A DNA stretch of 26,103 nt from an uncultured Anaerolineaceae bacterium. Its GTDB lineage: Bacteria; Chloroflexota; Anaerolineae; Anaerolineales; Anaerolineaceae. The stretch is from assembly GCA_964444335.1 (NCBI GenBank), contig CAYUGV010000005.1, forward strand, positions 1 through 26,103, written 5' to 3'. The translations under genes were made by a program, and so were the position numbers. The stretch's first letter is position 1; every line of letters begins with the position of its first letter. Of the stretch, positions 7,507-15,883 are shown one piece after another. The notes beneath the pieces were generated by a model. The model was given only the letters and a program-made list of their open reading frames with translations. It was not told where the DNA came from and made no database searches.

Positions 7507-8976
7507 TTAGAGCTCAACCTTCGCCTTGTGGTTGAACTCCTCGATCAAGGCATCGATCTCAGGCTGCTGGGCCTGGACTTCGAGCCAATAATCCGGGTCA
7601 TACCATTGGTCCATGATCTCGCTGTAGGTGCGTCCCTGCTGTTCAACCCAGGTGTAATACTTCAGGTTGTGGATGCGTTGGCGCTCGCGATAACCAAGCT
7701 CTTCCATATAATCGGTGGTAACACCTTGCAGGTAGCGGGCTTCGTCGGCGATGGCATTTTCCTTGCTGTACTCGCCGAATTCTTCGTGCATCTCGATCAG
7801 GCGGCTCTGATAGAGTTCCATCGAGTCAGTCAGAACGGTGAGGACAATATCTTTCTCAGTCAATTCGTTGTACTTGGCGAATTTGATGGCGGAGAGCAGG
7901 TTGGAGATGCTGGAGAATCCCAGCAGGTCGAGCTGATTGACGAAATCGGCGTCGAAGCCAGAGTCGATTAGATGCTGTTTACCTGCAGGCTCATTGAAGA
8001 GACGCGCAAGGTTAACCACTGCGTTGTCATCGATGGCTGTGACGAAGTCAGTGTTCTTCACATTATGTACCCAGGGGACGTGCTTGTCACCAATGCCTTC
8101 GATGCGGTGCGCGCCAAAACCGTTGTTGAGCAGGGTTGGGCACTGCAGCGCTTCACTCGCGATGATCTTCATACCGGGGAATTGCTGCTTGAGGTAGTCG
8201 CCCGTGGCGATCGTACCAGCAGAGCCGGTTGCAGACGCGAAACCAGCGACGTGACCTTTTTCATCCAAAAGCTTGCGCGCTACTTGCTCCATGGCGTTGC
8301 CTGTGATCAGATAATGCCAAAGGTAATTGCCAAATTCCTCGAACTGGTTGAAGATCATCAGATCCTCGCCGCTACGGCGGAGTTCCCAGCATTTATCAAA
8401 GATTTCCTTGACGTTTGATTCAGTGCCTGGTGTGGCGATGACTTCATCTGCCACATTACGCAGCCACTCAAAGCGTTCCTTGCTCATGCCTTCCGGCAGA
8501 ATGGCAACAGATTTACAGGCAAGAAGATGCGAGTCATACGCACCACCACGGCAGTAGTTGCCGGTGGAGGGCCAGACTGCTTTTTGGGTGGTGGGGTCAA
8601 ACTGACCAGTCACGAGGCGCGGCACAAGGCAGCCAAAGGCAGCGCCAACCTTGTGGACTCCGCAGGGGAACCACTTGCCCACCAGGGCAACCACCCGGGC
8701 TTTGGTGCCGGTGAAACTGGAGGGGAACTCGAGGTAGTTGACATCACCAAACAGACCGCCAAACGGTTTGGGTTCATTGTGCCAGGTGATGCGGAACAGA
8801 TTCAGAGGGTGCAGATCCCAAAGCCCGATCTCTTTCAGCCGGTTTTGGATGTCGGCGGGCACCAACGAGGGGTCGCGTTGCTGCGCCAGGGTGGGGATGA
8901 TGATCTTGCGTTCACGTACACGCTGCAGGGTGCGTTCGAGACGGTCTTGCATAATGGTTAAGTCAATTCTTGTCAT
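7507..8976 (-). CDS. Fold-type II PLP-dependent enzyme (PALP; 'subunit beta' family of unknown substrate), 489 aa
   Basis: KWFPCGVHKVGA (Schiff-base Lys), WPSTGNYCRGGA, SATGSAGT phosphate loop, HRIEGIG, terminal TDS. About 150 aa longer than CysK-type enzymes. SD AGAGGA. Confidence 0.85.
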   Translation of the reverse strand: MTRIDLTIMQDRLERTLQRVRERKIIIPTLAQQRDPSLVPADIQNRLKEIGLWDLHPLNLFRITWHNEPKPFGGLFGDVNYLEFPSSFTGTKARVVALVGKWFPCGVHKVGAAFGCLVPRLVTGQFDPTTQKAVWPSTGNYCRGGAYDSHLLACKSVAILPEGMSKERFEWLRNVADEVIATPGTESNVKEIFDKCWELRRSGEDLMIFNQFEEFGNYLWHYLITGNAMEQVARKLLDEKGHVAGFASATGSAGTIATGDYLKQQFPGMKIIASEALQCPTLLNNGFGAHRIEGIGDKHVPWVHNVKNTDFVTAIDDNAVVNLARLFNEPAGKQHLIDSGFDADFVNQLDLLGFSSISNLLSAIKFAKYNELTEKDIVLTVLTDSMELYQSRLIEMHEEFGEYSKENAIADEARYLQGVTTDYMEELGYRERQRIHNLKYYTWVEQQGRTYSEIMDQWYDPDYWLEVQAQQPEIDALIEEFNHKAKVEL

Positions 8977-8997
8977 GGTTGGATTCCTCTGATCTGT

Positions 8998-9969
8998 TTA
9001 TTTTTCTTCTACCCGATCCAGCCGGGTGGGGTCGAGGGTCTTTTCGGGTCCCTCGGCAACAATGTAAAGTGGACGACCTTTCGCTTCGTCGTAAATACGA
9101 CCGATGTACTCTCCGAGGATGCCCATGCCGATCAGCAGGATGCCTGCCAGGAAGATCATGGTCAGCCAGGTTGCCAGCACATATGTGAGGTCAAAGTGGT
9201 TAAAAACTGCCAACCCAAGGTAAACCAGCAGCAGGATCACGCTGAGAGCAACCAGGACGATACCGCCAGTGGTCAGCATTTGAAGCGGAAAAGTCGAAAA
9301 ACCGGTCACGGCGTTCATTGCCAGACGGATCATTTTCTTGAGAGGATAGTGGGTCTGCCCGGCATGACGCGCGGCACGTTTGTATTCCACGCCAATCTGC
9401 CTGAAGCCCACCCAGGCACCCATGCCACGCAGGATGCGGTTGCGTTCGCGCATCTGGTTAATAATGTTCAGTGCCTGGCGGTCGATCAGGCGAAAATCGC
9501 CGGTATTGAGCGGCATTTTGACATCGGTGATCTTGTAAATCAGCTTATAAAAGAGCGAGGCCGTGGTCAGCTTGAACCAGCTTTCCCCTTCGCGCTCGGT
9601 GCGCACTGCGTAAACGATTTGGTAGCCTTCACGCCATTTTTTTATCAAATCAAGGATCACTTCCGGTGGATCCTGCAAGTCCGCGTCGATAATAACGACT
9701 GATTGTCCCCGACTGTAATCCATGCCGGCAGTCACGGCGATTTGGTGCCCGAAATTCCGGGCAAAGATGATCGGGCGTACGCGTGAATCCTGAGAAGCAA
9801 GCTTACGCATGACATCCGTGGAGCCGTCCGAGCTGCCGTCATCCACCAGGATCAATTCCCACTCTTCGCCAGTCTGGTTCAACACTTCGCTGACGCGGGC
9901 GTAGAGCAGGGGGAGATTCTCGAGTTCGTTGTAAATTGGGGCTATGATGCTGAAGACAGGATCAGACAT
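8998..9969 (-). CDS. GT2 polyprenol-phosphate glycosyltransferase (GtrB/YkcC/ArnC-like)
   Basis: P.YNE, VDDGS.DGS, RNFGHQ.A..AG, DADLQDPP, GDFRL.DR, two C-terminal TMs, GEYIGRIY.E.K.RP.Y. Overlaps the upstream gene by 8 nt with SD GGAGGT. Confidence 0.92.
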   Translation of the reverse strand: MSDPVFSIIAPIYNELENLPLLYARVSEVLNQTGEEWELILVDDGSSDGSTDVMRKLASQDSRVRPIIFARNFGHQIAVTAGMDYSRGQSVVIIDADLQDPPEVILDLIKKWREGYQIVYAVRTEREGESWFKLTTASLFYKLIYKITDVKMPLNTGDFRLIDRQALNIINQMRERNRILRGMGAWVGFRQIGVEYKRAARHAGQTHYPLKKMIRLAMNAVTGFSTFPLQMLTTGGIVLVALSVILLLVYLGLAVFNHFDLTYVLATWLTMIFLAGILLIGMGILGEYIGRIYDEAKGRPLYIVAEGPEKTLDPTRLDRVEEK

Positions 9970-11218
9970 GGAGCACCTCCTTTAGTTGTTTCAATGTTGG
10001 CTCAATGATCGGGGCAGGCACTACGGCTCGCATGACGGCATTGACGTCTTTCAGCCCGCTGCCAGTGCAAAGTACCAGGGCGGGTTCGTCTGGGTGATGC
10101 AGACCTAGCCGGATGGCTGCCTGGAGCCCGGCATATGCCGCAGCGGCAGCCGGTTCCACGAAAAGGCCTGCTTTACCAAGTATCGGGATGGCTTGGAGGA
10201 TCTCCTGGTCTGAAACGGTCAGGAAGTACCCGCCGCTCTGCTTAACCCGTTTGAGTGCACGGAGTCCATCCCGCGGCAGGTCCACGCTGATGCTGTCCGC
10301 GACGGTTTTTGCGCTGACCGGTTCGATAACATCTTTGCCAGCCGTAAAAGCATTGAAAATGGCCGCGGAGCCTTCAGCCTGCACGCCCACCAGCCTGGGT
10401 AATCTTTCAATCCAGCCCAGAGCCAGCAAGTCGGCAAAGCCTTTGGCCACGCCGCTGAGGATGTTGCCATCACCCACCGGGATGAAAACGGTCATGTTTT
10501 GATCAAATCGATCGCGATTTCGCAACACCTGTTCCCAGATCTCGAGCCCAGCCGTCTTTTTGCCTTCCACGGTGTAGGGGTTGTAACCAGTGTTGCGGTT
10601 ATACCAACCGAGTTCATCTGAAGCTTCGATACTCAGGTCAAACGCCTGGTCATAGGTTCCATCCACCAACACAACCTTTGCGCCAAACGTCAATAATTGT
10701 GCCACCTTGGCGGGTGGAGCGCTGCGCGGTGCAATAATGACCGCTTTTTTACCCACACTGGCAGCCATGCAAGCCATGGCTGCGCCGGCGTTTCCAGTCG
10801 AGGCTGCTATGATGGTCTCAATGTCCGCCTCAATCGCGCGGGCGATCACCAGGGCGCTGGCACGATCCTTGAAAGACGCGCTTGGATTACGGCTCTCGTC
10901 TTTAATCCATAATTCACGCAACCCAAGGGATTTTTGAAGGGATTCAGGGCGGTAGACCGGAGTCCAACCCACCTGGTGCAAGGGTATCTGATTGAAACCG
11001 GGATCAGGAGCGGCAAGCAGTGGGGCGTAACGCCATATTGAGGATTCTTTGCTCCTCAATATGGCAGATTGATCAATTTCAACAGGATTTTCTTCAAAGC
11101 TGAAGTGGGTATCCAGGTTGCCACCACAGGTCAGACAGTTATAGGTGACCTCGTCGGGCGCAAAACACTGCCCACATTCAGAGCATTGAAAGTAGCTAAG
11201 CGGCATACTGTTTCCCAT
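9962..11218 (-). CDS. Threonine synthase-like PLP enzyme with N-terminal CxxC..CxxC zinc ribbon
   Basis: CSECG..CLTCGG, WRY..LL, G.TP, KDESRNPSASFKDR, ASTGNA, NPY..EG.KT, PVGDG, EPAAAAA.AG, TGSGLKD. No hom/thrB nearby, so the thrC symbol is withheld. The start may be the second Met (MPLSY). Confidence 0.85.
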   Translation of the reverse strand: MGNSMPLSYFQCSECGQCFAPDEVTYNCLTCGGNLDTHFSFEENPVEIDQSAILRSKESSIWRYAPLLAAPDPGFNQIPLHQVGWTPVYRPESLQKSLGLRELWIKDESRNPSASFKDRASALVIARAIEADIETIIAASTGNAGAAMACMAASVGKKAVIIAPRSAPPAKVAQLLTFGAKVVLVDGTYDQAFDLSIEASDELGWYNRNTGYNPYTVEGKKTAGLEIWEQVLRNRDRFDQNMTVFIPVGDGNILSGVAKGFADLLALGWIERLPRLVGVQAEGSAAIFNAFTAGKDVIEPVSAKTVADSISVDLPRDGLRALKRVKQSGGYFLTVSDQEILQAIPILGKAGLFVEPAAAAAYAGLQAAIRLGLHHPDEPALVLCTGSGLKDVNAVMRAVVPAPIIEPTLKQLKEVLHV

Positions 11219-11230
11219 TAAGTTGCGCAG

Positions 11231-11280
11231 GGATAAGGGGTGAATTTTAGAGTGCTCAAGTTCAACTCACCCGCTTATCC
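11231..11280. other. Long imperfect inverted repeat in the arcC to thrC-like intergenic region
   Basis: GGATAAG-GGGTGA (11231-11243) pairs with TCACCC-g-CTTATCC (11267-11280): 13 bp with one bulge. No U-tract on either side. Confidence 0.6.
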
Positions 11281-11318
11281 AGTTCAATTTCTACTATTCG
11301 TTTATTCTACCTTACCGA

Positions 11319-12266
11319 CTAAGGCACAATCCAGGTGCCGGTTTTGCCTTCGAGGGCGTCCTTGATGTGTTCAGGGTCGGTGATCAGAGCCTTCTTACCG
11401 CCCTGGTCCATGAATTTCAGGATGGCTTGGATCTTTGGCAGCATCGAGCCTTTGGCGAACTGACCTTCAGCCAGGTATGCACGGGCTTCAGCAACTGTCA
11501 TCTGGTCGAGCCACTTTTGGTCCGGCTTGTTGAAGTTGATCGCCACTTTTTCGACCGCGGTGCTGATCAGGAACAGATCGGCTTTGATCATGCTGGCAAG
11601 AATGGCTGAGCCAAAATCCTTGTCGATTACAGCTTCCACGCCGGTGAGATCGCCATTTTCAAGCTGCATCACCGGGATGCCGCCGCCGCCAACCGCCACG
11701 ACCACAAATCCATGGTCAATCAAGCTGCGGATTGCGTCTGCTTCAACAATGGTTTGGGGGATGGGGGAAGGGACAACACGGCGCCAACCGCGACCGGCAT
11801 CTTCCACCATGGTCCAGCCTTCTTTGGACATCTTCTCTTTTGCGGCTGCCTCATCCATGAAGGAACCGATGGGTTTGGTTGGGTTCTGGAAAGCAGGGTC
11901 GTTACGATCGACGATGGTCTGCGTGATCACAGTGGCAGCTTGCTTCTCGATCCCGCGCAAGCGGAATTCGTTGTGCAGGGCTTGCTGGAACATATAGCCG
12001 ATGGCACCCTGGGTGTCCGCGCCACAATAATCCAGCGGAACTTCGTGCAGCTCGTGGGACGCGATTTCAGAGCGGCGCAAGATAAAGCCTACCTGTGGAC
12101 CGTTTCCGTGCGTGACAACCACATCCCAGCCATCAATGATCATGCTGGCGATGTGCTTCATCGTTTCCACTGCAGCCTGATACTGATCTGGAACAGTCTG
12201 ATGGTTCTTGTCTTTGATTAATGCGTTACCGCCTACTGCAACTACTGCCAAACCTTTGCTTTGCAT
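11319..12266 (-). CDS. arcC: Carbamate kinase (315 aa)
   Basis: VVAVGGNAL, THGNGPQVG, A.TQG.IGY, NPTKPIG.F, EDAGRGWRRVVPSP.P, GGGGIPV, EAVIDKD, GSMLPK. Start reassigned to the ATG at 12266 (MQSKG), which has an AGGAGA SD. Confidence 0.96.
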   Translation of the reverse strand: MQSKGLAVVAVGGNALIKDKNHQTVPDQYQAAVETMKHIASMIIDGWDVVVTHGNGPQVGFILRRSEIASHELHEVPLDYCGADTQGAIGYMFQQALHNEFRLRGIEKQAATVITQTIVDRNDPAFQNPTKPIGSFMDEAAAKEKMSKEGWTMVEDAGRGWRRVVPSPIPQTIVEADAIRSLIDHGFVVVAVGGGGIPVMQLENGDLTGVEAVIDKDFGSAILASMIKADLFLISTAVEKVAINFNKPDQKWLDQMTVAEARAYLAEGQFAKGSMLPKIQAILKFMDQGGKKALITDPEHIKDALEGKTGTWIVP

Positions 12267-12303
12267 ATAAAGAATCTCCTCGGAAGTCCTATTATTATTT
12301 GGT

Positions 12304-13689
12304 TTAAACTTGTAACAGGCGTTTGGTCGCCTGGTTGTGTTTCTCAATTTGTTTGTGAACATCAAGTGTAGTCAGGTGACCTTCCCTCACGATAACCTTA
12401 CCTCCGATGACGGTCCAATTAGCCTTAACTGGTTGGCAGAAGAGGATCGTGGCAAGGGGGTCGGTGATCGCGCCGGCATAGTCCAGTTGGTCCAGGTCCA
12501 TGGCGAAGAAATCCGCGCACTTTCCAACCTCGAGCGAACCGATATCTTTACGGCCGAGCACCGAAGCGCCGCCGCGAGTGGCAATCGAGAGCGCCTGGCG
12601 GGCGGTCATCAGGGGAGGGGCGTCTGGCGCGGAACGTGAAGCGCCTTTGATGCCGCTGTTGAGACGCGCGAGCAATAACGCCTGCCGGACTTCATTTAGC
12701 ATGTGCGAACCGTCGTTGCTGGCAGAGCCATCCACGCCAAGCCCCAGCTTTACTCCGCGAGCCAACATGTTCATTACCGGCGCGATGCCGGAAGCAAGCC
12801 TCATATTGGAGGATGGGCAGTGAGCCACGCCGCAACCATGGTGGGCGTAAAGATCCATTTCGGCTTCGTTCACCCAGACAGAATGGGCAAACCAAACGTC
12901 ATCCCCAATCCAGTCGACCGTCTGCATGTAAGCCACTGGCTTGTGTCCGAATTTCGCAAGGCAGAAGTCGTCTTCGTCTTCGGTCTCGGCCAGATGGGTG
13001 TGGAGGTGGACGCCATATTTACGTGCCATGGCTGCCGACTCACGCATCAGTTCGCCTGTCACGCTGAAGGGGGAACACGGCGCGAGGACAATCTGAAGTT
13101 TGGACCCGGGTTTGGGGTCATGGTAGCGCTGGATCAGGCGTTCGCTATCTTTGAGGATGTTCTCTTCGGTGTCCACGACGGAATCCGGTGGAAGCCCGCC
13201 CTGCGACTGCCCAAGGCTCATTGATCCGCGCGAAGCGTGCAGGCGCACTCCGATCTCTGCAGCGGCAGAGATCTCATCGTCCAGCTTGCTGCCATTGGGG
13301 AATAGGTAGAGGTGGTCCGAAGCGGTCGTGCAGCCTGAAAGTGCGAGCTCTGCCAGGGCGGTTTGCGTGCTGGTGAAGATATCTTCCGGGTTCATGCGCG
13401 CCCAGATCGGGTAGAGCGTGGTCAGCCAATTGAAAAGGTTGGCGTCCTGCGCAGCAGGCAAAGCGCGAGTCAGGGTCTGATAAAAGTGGTGATGGGTGTT
13501 AACAAGACCCGGCAGAACCACATGGTGCCGCAGGTCGAGCACTTCGTCCGCAGTTTGTGGCAAGTCAGCCTGGCTTCCGATCTGTTCGATGAAACCATCC
13601 CGGCAGAAAATTGCGGCATTTTTCAATTCGCGGTCTTGCCCGTCCATAGTGACGATCAGGTCAGCGTTTTTGACGAGTAGGGTCGGCAT
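12304..13689 (-). CDS. 8-oxoguanine deaminase / AtzB-like metal-dependent amidohydrolase
   Basis: PGLVNTHHHFYQTLTRA, LF.WL..LYPIW, GCTT.SDHLY, RGSMSLG.SQGGLPPD, APCSPFSV, HTHLAET, AHCPSSNMRLASG, GVDGSASND. These match the Pseudomonas PA0142-type 8-oxoguanine deaminase family. Confidence 0.88.
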   Translation of the reverse strand: MPTLLVKNADLIVTMDGQDRELKNAAIFCRDGFIEQIGSQADLPQTADEVLDLRHHVVLPGLVNTHHHFYQTLTRALPAAQDANLFNWLTTLYPIWARMNPEDIFTSTQTALAELALSGCTTASDHLYLFPNGSKLDDEISAAAEIGVRLHASRGSMSLGQSQGGLPPDSVVDTEENILKDSERLIQRYHDPKPGSKLQIVLAPCSPFSVTGELMRESAAMARKYGVHLHTHLAETEDEDDFCLAKFGHKPVAYMQTVDWIGDDVWFAHSVWVNEAEMDLYAHHGCGVAHCPSSNMRLASGIAPVMNMLARGVKLGLGVDGSASNDGSHMLNEVRQALLLARLNSGIKGASRSAPDAPPLMTARQALSIATRGGASVLGRKDIGSLEVGKCADFFAMDLDQLDYAGAITDPLATILFCQPVKANWTVIGGKVIVREGHLTTLDVHKQIEKHNQATKRLLQV

Positions 13690-13704
13690 GAAAACCTCCA
13701 GGGA

Positions 13705-14586
13705 TTATTTCTGGTCAGCCAATTCAGCTGCGTGAAGGGTGTTTTTGAGCAGCATGGCAATGGTCATTGGTCCAACACCGCCAGGGACCGGGGTGATGGC
13801 ACCGGCAACTTCTGCCACTTCATCAAAAGCCACGTCGCCCACAAGGCGATAGCCTTTTTTGGCGCTGGCGTCTTCTTTTTGATTAATGCCCACATCGATT
13901 ACGATTGCACCCGGCTTCACCCATTCTTGCTTGACGAACTCGGGCTGACCAATGGCTGCCACAAGGACGTCCGCTTGCCGTACCACCGAAGGCAAGTCGC
14001 GCGTGCGGGAATGGCAGATCGTGACGGTGGCGTTGGCTTTGACGAGCAGCAGCGCGACTGGCATGCCCACGATATTGGAACGTCCAAGCACTACGGCGTT
14101 CGCGCCGCTTAGTTGCGCGCCGGCTTTCTCCAAGAGCACCATGCAGCCGGCAGGCGTGCAGGGGATAAAGACAGGTTCACGCCCTTTTTGCGCAAGGCGT
14201 CCGATGTTGACCGGGTGGAAACCATCGACATCCTTGTTAAGGTCGATCGCGGAGAGCACTTTTTCCTCGTCCAGGTGATGGGGGAGCGGCAGTTGCACGA
14301 GGATGCCGTTGACGGCAGGATCGGCATTGAGTTTCTGCACAAGCGTTTCAACTTCCTCCTGGGTGGCATCTTCGGGCAATTTGTACCCAAAGGAGTTGAT
14401 GCCAACTTCGGCGCAAGCCTTTTGCTTATTGCGCACATATACTTGCGAAGCCGGATTTTCGCCTACCAATACAGTCGCAAGACCTGGCGCTGAAAGACCC
14501 TTTTCCAGGCGGGTTTCGACCGCCGCCTTGACTTCGTCACGGATTTCCTGCCCGATTTGTTTTCCATCAATAATATTCGCGCTCAT
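13705..14586 (-). CDS. folD: Bifunctional methylene-THF dehydrogenase/cyclohydrolase FolD
   Basis: [78 protein letters not shown]. Confidence 0.98.
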   Translation of the reverse strand: MSANIIDGKQIGQEIRDEVKAAVETRLEKGLSAPGLATVLVGENPASQVYVRNKQKACAEVGINSFGYKLPEDATQEEVETLVQKLNADPAVNGILVQLPLPHHLDEEKVLSAIDLNKDVDGFHPVNIGRLAQKGREPVFIPCTPAGCMVLLEKAGAQLSGANAVVLGRSNIVGMPVALLLVKANATVTICHSRTRDLPSVVRQADVLVAAIGQPEFVKQEWVKPGAIVIDVGINQKEDASAKKGYRLVGDVAFDEVAEVAGAITPVPGGVGPMTIAMLLKNTLHAAELADQK

Positions 14587-14603
14587 GTCATCCTCCGAGG
14601 GTC

Positions 14604-14628
14604 ATTATACCCGAAAGGAAGGTATAAT
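14604..14628. promoter_or_regulatory. Back-to-back divergent -10 boxes (folD / udk) forming an 8-bp inverted repeat
   Basis: ATTATACC (14604-14611), a 9-nt spacer, then GGTATAAT (14621-14628). Each arm carries a TATAAT pointing outward. Only 48 nt separate the two start codons. Confidence 0.6.
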
Positions 14629-14634
14629 TTACGC

Positions 14635-15264
14635 ATGCCCACATCTTCCACTCCGTTAATTATCGGCATCGCCGGCAGTTCAGGCTCCGGCAAAACAACC
14701 ATGGCCCAGAGCATCCTTGAAGCGATTGGAAGGGACAAAATTGCTTTCCTGCCGCATGACGCTTATTACCGTGACCAGAGCGAAAAGACCTTTGAGGAAC
14801 GACTTCAGGTTAATTACGATCACCCTGATTCGCTCGAAACGGAGCTTCTGATCAAGCACATCCAGGCGCTAAAACGAGGTGAATCGGTAGATCTGCCGGT
14901 CTATGACTTCAAACAGCATACTCGCGCAGCAGCCACTGTTCACGTTGTTCCCAAACCGATCATCCTGGTGGAGGGCATCCTGATCTTCGTTGAACCGAAA
15001 CTGCGCAACTTATGCTCCATGAAACTTTTTGTGGACACGGATCAGGACATCTGTTTCATCCGACGTCTCCAACGGGATGTGACTGAACGCGGTCGTACGG
15101 TTGACTCGGTCATCAATCAATATATGAAAACAGTTCGTCCGAGTTTCATTGAATTTGTAGAACCCACAAAACGATTTGCTGATGTGATCATTCCTGAGGG
15201 CGGTCATAACACGGTAGCAGCAGAAATGGTCATCTCACGCCTTAAAGCTCTGCTGCCAGACTAA
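14635..15264 (+). CDS. udk: Uridine kinase (209 aa)
   Basis: IGIAGSSGSGKTT, D.YY, NYDHP.S.E, PVYDF..H.R, VEGIL, FVDTD.D...RRL.RD..ERGR, VRP....F.EPTK..AD.IIPEGG.N. Start reassigned to the ATG at 14635, because the longer ORF overlaps folD. Confidence 0.96.
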   Translation: MPTSSTPLIIGIAGSSGSGKTTMAQSILEAIGRDKIAFLPHDAYYRDQSEKTFEERLQVNYDHPDSLETELLIKHIQALKRGESVDLPVYDFKQHTRAAATVHVVPKPIILVEGILIFVEPKLRNLCSMKLFVDTDQDICFIRRLQRDVTERGRTVDSVINQYMKTVRPSFIEFVEPTKRFADVIIPEGGHNTVAAEMVISRLKALLPD

Positions 15265-15266
15265 TC

Positions 15267-15815
15267 GTGGAAGAAAAACCCAAATTCACCAAGCCGCAGC
15301 TCTTCTTCCGTTTGCTGCTGCTGATTTTGTTGATAGTGGGCACTGTCTTATTACTCCTCAATCGCGATAAAATCCAACACCTTGAAGTCTACGGATATCC
15401 TGGAATCTTCCTGATCTCGCTACTTTCAAATGCCACGATCCTGGTTCCGCTTCCCGGGGTGATGATCACCTCTGCTATGGCGATGGTGTTCAGCCCGTTC
15501 TGGGTGGCGATCGCGTCTGGGGCAGGGGCAGCACTGGGCGAACTTTCGGGATACCTGGTGGGGTTTGGTGGGCAACCCATGCTCGAAAAATCCGAAAGAG
15601 TCAAAAAGTTGACCGCTTGGATGCAGCGCAATCAGTCCTGGACTATCTTTCTGCTGGCCCTGGTTCCCAACCCGTTGTTCGACATGGCAGGTTTTATGGC
15701 CGGGGCTTCCCGGATGCCTGTCTGGAAGTTTCTCTTCTTTTGCCTGATGGGAAAAATTGCTAAGATGCTCGTATTTGCCTACCTTGGAGCGGGCATTTTC
15801 AGCGTCTTTAGATAA
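15267..15815 (+). CDS. DedA/VTT (SNARE-associated) membrane protein
   Basis: GTG start 2 nt after the udk stop. N-terminal TM, 'P.PG', G..GA.LGEL.GY..G, FL.ALVPNPLFDMAG..AGA..M....F......GK. Confidence 0.88.
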   Translation: MEEKPKFTKPQLFFRLLLLILLIVGTVLLLLNRDKIQHLEVYGYPGIFLISLLSNATILVPLPGVMITSAMAMVFSPFWVAIASGAGAALGELSGYLVGFGGQPMLEKSERVKKLTAWMQRNQSWTIFLLALVPNPLFDMAGFMAGASRMPVWKFLFFCLMGKIAKMLVFAYLGAGIFSVFR

Positions 15816-15871
15816 TAGACCCCCAAACGAGGTTTTGGATAAGTTTCCACACCAAAGAATTGATGCCTGTG

Positions 15872-15877
15872 TATAAT
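15872..15877 (+). promoter_or_regulatory. -10 box (TATAAT) 6 nt upstream of the rsmG ATG; probable leaderless transcript
   Basis: TATAAT-catgct-ATG, with no SD upstream. Confidence 0.55.
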
Positions 15878-15883
15878 CATGCT

